Shown one piece after another: positions 9,072 through 17,442 of a DNA stretch of 32,000 nt. The notes under the pieces were generated by a model. The model had not been told where the DNA came from. It saw only the letters and a list, made by a program, of their open reading frames with translations, and did no database searches. Where the stretch lies: positions 120,001 through 152,000 of the forward strand of contig JAQVTI010000001.1 in the NCBI GenBank assembly GCA_028700115.1, given 5' to 3'. Position 1 is the stretch's first letter; each line of letters opens with the position of its first letter. The position numbers were made by a program, and so were the translations under genes. The stretch is from Candidatus Iainarchaeum sp. GTDB lineage: Archaea > Iainarchaeota > Iainarchaeia > Iainarchaeales > CSSED10-239.

Positions 9072-9935
9072 ATGGAAGAAAAATACAAACAAAAAATAAT
9101 AAAAGAAATAACAACAAATAAAACAATTTGTTTATTAGCACCTTCTTTTCCAGTAGATTTCAAATATCCAGATATAGTATATAAACTGAGACAAATTGGA
9201 TTTGATAAAATATTTGAATTAACATATGCGGCAAAAATAATTAACCAACATTATCATACAATAATAAAAAATGAAAACAAAAAACAATTTATAGCAGCAA
9301 ATTGCCCATGTACAATAACATATATAGAAAATCAATTTCCTGAATTTAAAAAAAACATAATAAACATTGCATCACCAATGGTAGTAATGGCAAGATTTTC
9401 AAAAAAAAAATATCCAAAAAAAAAATGTGTTTTTATAGGACCTTGCCTTGCTAAACAACAAGAAGCAAAAAAAAATAAAGAAGTAGATTTTGCAATAACA
9501 TTTAAAAACCTATATGAAATATTTAAATATTTTGAAAAAGAAAAAAAATTTAGAAAAATTAAAAAATCAAAAAAAAATTTGCAATTTGATTCATTATATA
9601 ATGATTATACAAAAATATATCCATTATCAGGAGCAGTTGCAAAAACAATGCATTATAAAAAAATACTTAAAAAAAATCAAATAATTGTTGCAGATGGGGT
9701 TATAAAAATTAAAGAAGCACTTGAAAAAATGAAAATTAATAAAAATATAAAATTCTTAGATGCACTTTTTTGTAAAGGAGGATGCATTGGAGGACCAGGA
9801 ATTATTTCTAAAAATAATTTAAATACAAAAATTAAAAAAATAAAAGAATATAGAAAAAATGCAAAAAAAGAAAAAATAGGAAAACATAAAGGATTATTTA
9901 AATATTCTAAAAATTTAAATGTAAAAAGAAAATAA
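9072..9935 (+). CDS. HydA-like [FeFe]-hydrogenase large subunit C-terminal (H-domain) protein, stand-alone
   Basis: 287 aa with three H-domain motifs: L1-like 'AANCPCTITYIENQFPEF', L2-like 'VFIGPCLAKQQEA', L3-like 'LDALFCKGGCIGGPG'. No CxxCxxCxxxC ferredoxin motifs. Confidence 0.8.
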   Translation: MEEKYKQKIIKEITTNKTICLLAPSFPVDFKYPDIVYKLRQIGFDKIFELTYAAKIINQHYHTIIKNENKKQFIAANCPCTITYIENQFPEFKKNIINIASPMVVMARFSKKKYPKKKCVFIGPCLAKQQEAKKNKEVDFAITFKNLYEIFKYFEKEKKFRKIKKSKKNLQFDSLYNDYTKIYPLSGAVAKTMHYKKILKKNQIIVADGVIKIKEALEKMKINKNIKFLDALFCKGGCIGGPGIISKNNLNTKIKKIKEYRKNAKKEKIGKHKGLFKYSKNLNVKRK

Positions 9936-9959
9936 AAAAATTAATTTCTTAAAAAGAAA

Positions 9960-11030
9960 TTAATCAACTAAACCATCACCAGTTACATTATATACAGCTT
10001 CACCATCTGGAAGAGAAGGAGAATCAACTAATTTTGCAATTCTTTTAGAACCAGTTCCTTTTCTTAAATAAACACGTGTTTTAGAAGCATGTTTTACAAC
10101 ATTCCCACCAATTGCATCTGTTGGGTCTCCAAACAATATATCTGGTCGTGACATAACTTGATTTGTAACAAAAACAACAACATTATAAAGTTCTGCAATC
10201 TTTTGTAAAAGTCTCATATGCTTATTGATTTTTTGTTGCCTATCTGATAATTGACCTCTACCAGTAAACTCAGATCTAAATTGACTAGTTAAAGAATCAA
10301 CAATTACAAGTTTAATATTTTTATCTTTAATTAAATCAACACCCTTTTCTGCAAGAAGCATTTGATGATCACTATTATATGCTCTTGCAACAAATATATT
10401 TTTCATAACCTTTTCAGGATCAAGTCCTCTATATTGAGCAATTTGAGACACTCTTTCAGGTCTAAAAGAATTTTCTGTATCAATATATAAAACAGCTCCA
10501 TCTAAACCACCTTGATCTTTAGGAAGTTGAGCAGTAACACATAATTGAAAACACCATTGACTTTTTCCAGAAGCAAACTTTCCATAAACTTCTGTAATTG
10601 ATTGACTTTCAATTCCACCACCTAATAACTCATCAAGACTTGAAGAACCAGTAGTTATTCTTGAAATTAATTTTCTTCTATCTAAAATTTTTTCAGCACT
10701 TTCAAAACCCATCTCAAGTGCATCTCTTGCAGCTTTAATTGCTTTTATAGCAGTACCTTCACCTAAAGATGCAACAGCAACAAGCTCCATAGGTGATGCA
10801 ACTGCAATAGATTCATAAGTTTCATAACCTGCGGCTTTTAATTTTTCTGCAGAAGTTGGACCAATACCAGGAAGATCAGTTATTTCTTTTGGTTTTATTT
10901 TTTCTTTTATAGGATCATCTATAATTTCATCATCTACATCTACTGGAGAATCTAAATTATCATAATCTTCTACACCTTCTTGATAACTATCATCTAAATT
11001 TTTATCTAAATTTATATTTTTTTTAGACAT
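9960..11030 (-). CDS. radA: DNA repair and recombination protein RadA
   Basis: HhH 'LPGIGPTSAEKLKAAGYETYESIAVASP', Walker A-like 'EVYGKFASGKSQ', Walker B 'IKLVIVDSLTSQFRSEF', L1/L2 'IGGNVVKHASKTRVYLRK'. Start set at ATG 11030 after AAGGTG; ORF extends to 11108. Confidence 0.96.
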   Translation of the reverse strand: MSKKNINLDKNLDDSYQEGVEDYDNLDSPVDVDDEIIDDPIKEKIKPKEITDLPGIGPTSAEKLKAAGYETYESIAVASPMELVAVASLGEGTAIKAIKAARDALEMGFESAEKILDRRKLISRITTGSSSLDELLGGGIESQSITEVYGKFASGKSQWCFQLCVTAQLPKDQGGLDGAVLYIDTENSFRPERVSQIAQYRGLDPEKVMKNIFVARAYNSDHQMLLAEKGVDLIKDKNIKLVIVDSLTSQFRSEFTGRGQLSDRQQKINKHMRLLQKIAELYNVVVFVTNQVMSRPDILFGDPTDAIGGNVVKHASKTRVYLRKGTGSKRIAKLVDSPSLPDGEAVYNVTGDGLVD

Positions 11031-11428
11031 ATTAAACACCTTCTTTTTATTTTTTATAAACTTTTTAAATTGCGTTTTATTTCTTGTGTTTCTCGCCTCA
11101 CAAATCATAACTTAAGTGAAGATATAACTTAAGAAAATATATATATATATATTATATAATTTAAATATATAATATAATCTATTATACTAAAATTAATTTT
11201 AATTTAACATAATATATTATTAATCAATATTTGTATACCTCCTATTTATAAACAGTTTTTTAAATTGTTTACAAATTATATAATTAAATAATATATGATA
11301 ATAAATAAGTTAATTTCTAAAGACCTTGTGACCGAGAAAAAAAATATAAAAATAAATTAAATATAAATATATTTCTATTTACTATTAAGATAGAAATTAA
11401 TATAAAAATACTAATAAAATGAAAAAAT

Positions 11429-13558
11429 ATGCTTGACGATAATAATATTAAATGGTTTAAAGATATAAAAGATAGTGAAATTACAGAAATAGGATATAAA
11501 GCACATAGACTTTCTGAATTACATAAATCACATTTCCCAATACCAAGAGGGTTTGTAATAAACTCAAAATATTATTTTAGTTTTTTTCAACAAAATGATC
11601 TTAAAGAAAAAATCTTAGAAATTTTAAAAACAATAAATATAGATAATAAAGAGGAAATTTTAAAAAAATCAAAACAAATTAAAGATTTAATATATAAAAC
11701 TAAATTTAAAGAAAAATTTATTAATGAAATTGCAAAAATGTATAATAAAATTGGAGAATCACAAATAGGATGGCTAAATAGTAAAGTCGATGAATATGTT
11801 GCAATTAGAGTATCTATAGTTTCAGAAAAGCACCCCCCTAAAGAACTAGATTTTATTGAAAAATATAGTGGTTTTCTAAATATTAAAGGAATTAACCAAA
11901 TTATGGAATGTATTAAAGAAATATGGGCATCTTCTTTTGATCCAGAATTAATTATTGAAAAAAATAAAAAAAATATTTCAGATAATGATTTTGCTATCGC
12001 AATAATTATTCAAAAAATGATAAATGCACCAATTTCAGGAATTATGAAAACAACAAATGATATTGGAGAAAAAAATACAATTATTGAAGCAATATATGGT
12101 TTTGGAGGAAGTGGTATAATTTGCCAAATAACTCCAGATAATTATGAAGTAAATAAAAAAAATATAGAAATTATTAGAAAAACACAATCAAAACAAGAAT
12201 GGATGTTAAAAAGAATAGTTGGGAAAACAACAAAAGTTATAATTGATGAAAATAAAAAAAATAAACCTAAATTAGAAAATCACGATATTAAAGAGCTTAC
12301 ATCTATTGGAAAAAAATTAGAACTTTTTTTTGGAAATCCATTATATGTAGATTGGGTAATTGATAAAGCAGATATATATATTCTTAGTGCTGATCCAATA
12401 GATCCTTCTAAAAAAAAAATTATTAAAAAAAACACAAAAAAAATAGAACATGAAGGATTCCAAGATAAAATGGACTCTTTTAAAAAAGATGTAATTATCC
12501 AAGGAATTCCTGTATCCCCAGGAATAGCAAACGGAGTTGTAAAAATTATAAAAAATAAATTAGATTTAGAAGAAATTGATTCAGAAACAATTTTAGTTTC
12601 AAAAATGACAAGCCTAGAAATGACTCCATATGTTAAAAAAGCAAAAGCTGTAATTACAGATGCAGGAAGTACTATTTGCCATGCAGCATTAATTTCAAAA
12701 AAATATGATATTCCATGTATAGTTCATACAGAATATGCAACAAGTAAATTAAAAGATGGACAAAATATACAAGTAAATGGAAATAATGGAAAAGTATATA
12801 ATCTTACAGGAGTAAAAATTATAAAAATAAAAAAAGAAGAAGAAAAAGAAATAAAAATGATTGAAAAAGAAAGCGAGATTCCAAAAACATTTACACAAAT
12901 AATTGTAAAAATTGATGAAATTGAAAAATTAAGAGAAATAAATAAAGAAGACATTAATGGAATATATATATGTACACAAAATCTTTTTACAAAAGAAGAA
13001 TATATAGAAATAATTAAAGATAAAGAAATATTAATTAAAAAAATTAGATCAAAAATTGATTTAATTAAAAAAATAACAGATAATAAAAAAATATATTATG
13101 AAATAAATCTCCATCAAAAAGACTTAGTTTATGAAAATATTTCTAATTATGAATTAGAAGCAATTTTTGAAGAAAATAATGAAAATATAAAAATTATTTT
13201 AGACAATATAAAATCTAAAGAAGAAATTATCCCAATAGAACAGAATACAATAAATAAAATTGGAATAAAAATAGATTCATTAAATACAAATATAATTTAT
13301 TCAATATTAGAAAATATAGAAACAATTATAATTAATACAGATAATTTTGATAAATCTAAAAATGTTGAAATTACAAATATTTGTAAAGAAAATAAAATTA
13401 AAAAAATAATTAATATTAATAAAAATAATAAAAAAAATATAAAAGAATATATTGAATCAAAAATAAATGCAATAATTATAGACTATAATGAAATTAATCT
13501 AAAAGAAATAGTCTATAAAAAAGAACAAGAGATGTTAAAAGATTTATTATCAATTTAA
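11429..13558 (+). CDS. PEP synthase / pyruvate phosphate dikinase-like protein, divergent, degenerate C-terminal barrel
   Basis: N-terminal PPDK-like region 'IGYKAHRLSELHKSHFPIPRGFVIN', ATP-grasp-like 'GAIIEAIYGFGGSGIICQITPDNYEVNKK' (ORF reads IIEAIYGFGGSG...), swivelling His domain 'AVITDAGSTICHAALISKKYDIPCIV'. Confidence 0.82.
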   Translation: MLDDNNIKWFKDIKDSEITEIGYKAHRLSELHKSHFPIPRGFVINSKYYFSFFQQNDLKEKILEILKTINIDNKEEILKKSKQIKDLIYKTKFKEKFINEIAKMYNKIGESQIGWLNSKVDEYVAIRVSIVSEKHPPKELDFIEKYSGFLNIKGINQIMECIKEIWASSFDPELIIEKNKKNISDNDFAIAIIIQKMINAPISGIMKTTNDIGEKNTIIEAIYGFGGSGIICQITPDNYEVNKKNIEIIRKTQSKQEWMLKRIVGKTTKVIIDENKKNKPKLENHDIKELTSIGKKLELFFGNPLYVDWVIDKADIYILSADPIDPSKKKIIKKNTKKIEHEGFQDKMDSFKKDVIIQGIPVSPGIANGVVKIIKNKLDLEEIDSETILVSKMTSLEMTPYVKKAKAVITDAGSTICHAALISKKYDIPCIVHTEYATSKLKDGQNIQVNGNNGKVYNLTGVKIIKIKKEEEKEIKMIEKESEIPKTFTQIIVKIDEIEKLREINKEDINGIYICTQNLFTKEEYIEIIKDKEILIKKIRSKIDLIKKITDNKKIYYEINLHQKDLVYENISNYELEAIFEENNENIKIILDNIKSKEEIIPIEQNTINKIGIKIDSLNTNIIYSILENIETIIINTDNFDKSKNVEITNICKENKIKKIININKNNKKNIKEYIESKINAIIIDYNEINLKEIVYKKEQEMLKDLLSI

Positions 13559-13791
13559 ATTTTACCTCTTGAAGCCATAAAAGATAAAACAGAAACAACA
13601 TGCTTATAGGATACATTTGGGTTATTTATAAATATTTTTTTTATTTCTTCTTTTTGAATATCTGATAACCTAGAATAACTTTTTCTAACTTCTTTTAATA
13701 ATAATTGATATTTTTTAGATACAGAAAGCGGATTTAAATTATTCTTTTTTGAAATATTTTCAACTTCTTTTACACCTAAAGTAAATCTCAC
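13555..13791 (-). CDS. Small hypothetical protein (78 aa)
   Basis: Open frame between oppositely oriented genes, preceded by AAGGTGAT SD-like sequence; no family recognised. Confidence 0.6.
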   Translation of the reverse strand: MRFTLGVKEVENISKKNNLNPLSVSKKYQLLLKEVRKSYSRLSDIQKEEIKKIFINNPNVSYKHVVSVLSFMASRGKI

Positions 13792-13835
13792 TTTATTTTT
13801 TTTAATAATAATATCACCTTAAAATTATATTTAAA

Positions 13836-13906
13836 AGCCAAGGTAGGGAGTCGAACCCCACTCTTCCGCTCTGCAGGCGGAGGCATAACCGATCTGCCAC
13901 CTTGGC
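13836..13906 (-). tRNA. tRNA-Cys (anticodon GCA)
   Basis: Minus-strand cloverleaf: acceptor GCCAAGG/CCTTGGC, anticodon stem TCCGC-CTGCAGA-GCGGA (anticodon GCA), T-arm TGGGG-TTCGACT-CCCTA, discriminator U73 typical of tRNA-Cys. Confidence 0.95.
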
Positions 13907-13989
13907 ATATTTTAATGAAAAGGTTTATATGATATTTTCTATATTAAATATATATAAACAAAAGAATTTATAAACAAAATGGATAAATT

Positions 13990-15198
13990 ATGAAAATTGC
14001 AATAATTAGTGATTGGCATTTGGGATTAAATTGGAAAACAGAATTAGAAATGGATTCATTTATACAACTAGAAGAAGCATTTAAACAAATAGAAACAGAA
14101 AATGTAGATTTAGTGCTATGTGCTGGGGATTTATTTGATAAACAATTACCTAATCATGAAGTTTATTTTCAAGCAATAAAAGTTTTAAATAAAATAAATA
14201 TTAAAAATAATATAGAACTTAAAAATAAATTTGGGCAATTGTTAAAAATACCAATGATAGGAATTATTGGAAATCATGAATATAGAGGAAAAGACTATAT
14301 TTCTACTGTTGAACTTTTAGAAATTATTGGATTTTTAAAAGTAATCCATGCAGAAAATATAAAAATTGAAAAAGAAAATGAAAAAATAAATATTTTTGGA
14401 ATTTCTGGACTTCCAGATTCATTAATTAAAGAAATATTAAATAAATGGAATCCAAAACCTATAGAAAATGAAAAAAATATATTATTACTCCATCAATCTA
14501 TAAAAGAATATCTACCATTTGAAACAGAAGATATGCTTTCTTTATCAAATCTCCCAAAAGGATTTAATTTAATTATAAATGGACATCTTCATTGGAATAC
14601 ATTAATAGATTTAGAACAAGGAAAATTTCTTATGCCTGGATCAACTGTTGCAACTCAACTTAAAAAAATAGAATCTAATAATAAAAAAGGATTTTATATC
14701 TATGATTCAAAAAAAGAAGAATATAAATATATAGAAATAAAAAATACAAGACAAATAATATATCTTGATTTAAAATATAATAATAAAACAATATCTGAAA
14801 TAAAATATAATATAATTGAAAAAATTAATCAAAGCTTAGAAAAAATAAAAAAAGAAAATATAAATAAAAAACCATTTATTAGAATAAAAATAAAAGGAGA
14901 ATTAGAAGATGGATTTTTTTCAAAAGATTTAAATATATCATATATTGAAAAAGAATTTCAAGAAAAAGCATATATTTCTATATCAAATAAATTAGAAGAA
15001 AAATCAATAAAAGAAAGTGTTGAAAAATTAAAAGATCTACAAAAAAATAAAGGAAATATTTTTGAAATATCTAAAGAAATCTTTTTTGAACAACTTAAAC
15101 AAACAAAATTAAATAATTCTTTTGATACTAAAAGACTTTTTGAAGCATTATACAATAAAGATATAGAAAAGGCAAAAGAAATTATTTTTAAAAACTAA
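13990..15198 (+). CDS. Mre11/SbcD-like DNA double-strand break repair nuclease (calcineurin-type phosphoesterase)
   Basis: 'MKIAIISDWHLGLNW', 'LVLCAGDLFDK', 'GIIGNHEYRG', 'NLIINGHLHWNTL' metallophosphoesterase motifs. Confidence 0.85.
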   Translation: MKIAIISDWHLGLNWKTELEMDSFIQLEEAFKQIETENVDLVLCAGDLFDKQLPNHEVYFQAIKVLNKINIKNNIELKNKFGQLLKIPMIGIIGNHEYRGKDYISTVELLEIIGFLKVIHAENIKIEKENEKINIFGISGLPDSLIKEILNKWNPKPIENEKNILLLHQSIKEYLPFETEDMLSLSNLPKGFNLIINGHLHWNTLIDLEQGKFLMPGSTVATQLKKIESNNKKGFYIYDSKKEEYKYIEIKNTRQIIYLDLKYNNKTISEIKYNIIEKINQSLEKIKKENINKKPFIRIKIKGELEDGFFSKDLNISYIEKEFQEKAYISISNKLEEKSIKESVEKLKDLQKNKGNIFEISKEIFFEQLKQTKLNNSFDTKRLFEALYNKDIEKAKEIIFKN

Positions 15199-15247
15199 TT
15201 TTAAATTAAAACAATACTTATTTAAAATAGTTTATACTAACATATAT

Positions 15248-15553
15248 ATGAATTATAAATCATATCATTTATTTGAAGTAATATCTAATAAAACTAGATG
15301 GAAAATAATAAGTACACTTTACAAATCAGAAAAATGCGTTAAAGAAATTTGTAAAGATATAAAAGAAGAACAATCAAAAGTTAGTCATAATCTAAAAATA
15401 TTATCTAATTGTAAAATTGTTTTTTATAAAAGAGAAGGGAAATATAAAACTTATTCTTTAAATAAAAAAACAATTATACCAATAATAGAAATTACAGAAA
15501 AACATATAGATAATTTTTGTAAAAAAGAAGGGTGTAAATTTAAAAAAGATTAA
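15248..15553 (+). CDS. ArsR-family winged-helix transcriptional regulator
   Basis: 'ISNKTRWKIISTLYKSEKCVKEICKDIKEEQSKVSHNLKILSNCKIVFYKREGKYKTYSLN' is an ArsR HTH; Cys-rich ends. Confidence 0.87.
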   Translation: MNYKSYHLFEVISNKTRWKIISTLYKSEKCVKEICKDIKEEQSKVSHNLKILSNCKIVFYKREGKYKTYSLNKKTIIPIIEITEKHIDNFCKKEGCKFKKD

Positions 15554-15555
15554 AT

Positions 15556-16701
15556 ATGAAACAAATTTATTTAGATTATGCTGCTACTACACCTGTAGTT
15601 AAAGAAGTATATGATGAAATGAAAGATTATTTTTTAAAAAATTATGGAAATACATCTAGTCTTCATATACTTGGACAAAATGCAGATGAAAAAGTAGAAA
15701 AAGTAAGAGAAAAAATTAAACAAAAATTAAATGCAAAAGATCACAAAGTAATTTTTACTTCAGGAGGAACAGAAAGTAATAACTTAGCTATTAAAGGATT
15801 AGTTTATGCAAACAAAGAAAAAAAACATATAATTATTTCAAAAATAGAACATGATTGTATTTTAAAAACTGCAAAATTTTTAGAAAAACAAGGATATGAA
15901 GTCACATATTTAAATGTTGATAAAGAAGGTTTTATTGATTTAAAACAATTAGAAAAATCTATTAAAAAAGAAACTATATTAGTTTCAATAATGCACGCAA
16001 ACAATGAAATAGGAACTTTGCAAAATCTTAAAGAAATTGGAAAAATTTGTAAAGAAAAAAAGGTTTTATTTCATACAGATGCTTGTCAAAGTTTTACAAA
16101 AGAAAAAATAGATTTAGAAGAATTTAATATAGACTTGATTACAATAAATGCACATAAAATTTATGGCCCTAAAGGAATTGGAGCATTAGTTATTAAAAAT
16201 GGAATTAAACTAACCCCTTTATTACATGGAGGGGGACACGAATATGGTTTTAGAAGTGGAACTTTAAATGTACCTGCTATTATTGGCTTTGGAAAAGCAA
16301 TAGATGTAATTTCTAAAGAAGATATTAAAAAAATGATCGATTTAAGAAATTACATGATTAAAGAAATTTTAAAAAAAATACCAACTTCTAAACTAAATGG
16401 ACCTACAGAAAATAGACTTTGTAATAATTTAAATTTTTTATTTAATTATATAGAAGGAGAATCAATTCTTTTACAATTAGATATGGAAGGAATATGTATT
16501 TCAACAGGATCTGCATGTTCATCAAATACACTTGAAACAAACCACGTAGCAAATGCTATTGGAATACCAAAAGATAAGGCAAATGGAATTATAAGGATAT
16601 CTTTAGGAATAGAAACAACTAAAGAAGAAACAGATATTTTTATTGAAAAATTAATTAAAATTGTAAAAAGACTTACAGACATGTCTCCTCTTACAAAATA
16701 A
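15556..16701 (+). CDS. iscS: Cysteine desulfurase (NifS/IscS family)
   Basis: 'VIFTSGGTESNNLAIKG', PLP Lys 'ITINAHKIYGPKGIGAL', catalytic Cys loop 'CISTGSACSSNTLETNHV'. Confidence 0.95.
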   Translation: MKQIYLDYAATTPVVKEVYDEMKDYFLKNYGNTSSLHILGQNADEKVEKVREKIKQKLNAKDHKVIFTSGGTESNNLAIKGLVYANKEKKHIIISKIEHDCILKTAKFLEKQGYEVTYLNVDKEGFIDLKQLEKSIKKETILVSIMHANNEIGTLQNLKEIGKICKEKKVLFHTDACQSFTKEKIDLEEFNIDLITINAHKIYGPKGIGALVIKNGIKLTPLLHGGGHEYGFRSGTLNVPAIIGFGKAIDVISKEDIKKMIDLRNYMIKEILKKIPTSKLNGPTENRLCNNLNFLFNYIEGESILLQLDMEGICISTGSACSSNTLETNHVANAIGIPKDKANGIIRISLGIETTKEETDIFIEKLIKIVKRLTDMSPLTK

Positions 16702-16720
16702 GCTTTAAAGAAAATTAATT

Positions 16721-17179
16721 ATGCAAAATATAAAATATTCTAAAAAAGTTAAAGAACATTTTCTACATCCACACAATATGGGTAAAATAAAAAATGCAGA
16801 TGGTATTGGAAAACTTGGAAACCCAGCTTGTGGGGATGTAATGTATATTTATTTAAAAATTATAAAAAAAAATGAAAAAGAAATAATTAAAGATATTAAA
16901 TTTCAAACAATGGGATGTGCAGCTGCAATATCAACATCTTCAATGATTACAGATATAGTAAAAGGAAAAACTTTAGAAGAAGCTTTTAAAATAACTAACA
17001 AAGATGTTGCAAAAGAATTAGATGGATTACCACCAATAAAAATGCATTGTTCTAATCTTGCTGCAGATGTTTTAAAAGAAGCAATAAAAGACTATTATAA
17101 TAAACAAAAAAATAGAAAAATAAAATATGAAAAAACAGCATGTTATAAATGTTGTGATTCTAAAAAAGAAATGGATTGA
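16721..17179 (+). CDS. iscU: Fe-S cluster assembly scaffold (NifU/IscU N-terminal type)
   Basis: 'HFLHPHNMGKIKNADGIGKLGNPACGDVMYIYLKI', 'FQTMGCAAAISTSSMITDIVKGK', 'PPIKMHCSNLAADVLKEAI'; three ligand Cys conserved. Confidence 0.94.
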   Translation: MQNIKYSKKVKEHFLHPHNMGKIKNADGIGKLGNPACGDVMYIYLKIIKKNEKEIIKDIKFQTMGCAAAISTSSMITDIVKGKTLEEAFKITNKDVAKELDGLPPIKMHCSNLAADVLKEAIKDYYNKQKNRKIKYEKTACYKCCDSKKEMD

Positions 17180-17391
17180 TAAAAATGATTACAAAAAATA
17201 CAACTTTAAAAGAAATTTTAGATCTTAAAAATGCAGAAAAAGTTTTAGAGAAATACAAAGTACCATGTCTTTCATGTCCTTATGCAAAAATGGAAATGGA
17301 TACTTTAGAAATTGGCTTAATTGCAGAAATGTATGATTTAGATTTAGATAACATTATTGAAGAATTAAATAAACTTAAAAAAATAAAATAA
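17176..17391 (+). CDS. DUF1858-domain protein (hybrid-cluster-associated disulfide domain type)
   Basis: 'ITKNTTLKEILDLKNAEKVLEKYKVPCLSCPYAKMEMDTLEIGLIAEMYDLDLDNIIEELN' matches the DUF1858 pattern. Confidence 0.82.
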   Translation: MIKMITKNTTLKEILDLKNAEKVLEKYKVPCLSCPYAKMEMDTLEIGLIAEMYDLDLDNIIEELNKLKKIK

Positions 17392-17442
17392 TTATTTTTA
17401 TTTAATAATTATTTTTATTTAATTATAAATATAAAAATAAAA

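Noticed and set aside
11109-11428. Replication origin
   Set aside because: AT-rich with short repeats, but no orc1/cdc6 gene nearby and no convincing ORB-like inverted elements seen.
12724-12954. Minus-strand ORF of 76 aa
   Set aside because: Mirror of the Lys/Glu/Ile-rich PPDK-like gene (gives Ser/Phe/Ile runs); shadow ORF.
13990-15553. Defence island (Mre11-like nuclease plus small HTH gene)
   Set aside because: No partner ATPase, nuclease or toxin genes; the HTH gene sits directly before iscS and looks like part of an Fe-S cluster.
14958-16682. Minus-strand ORFs 14958..15155, 15804..16004 and 16446..16682
   Set aside because: Antisense to the Mre11-like gene and iscS, whose protein motifs are clear on the plus strand.
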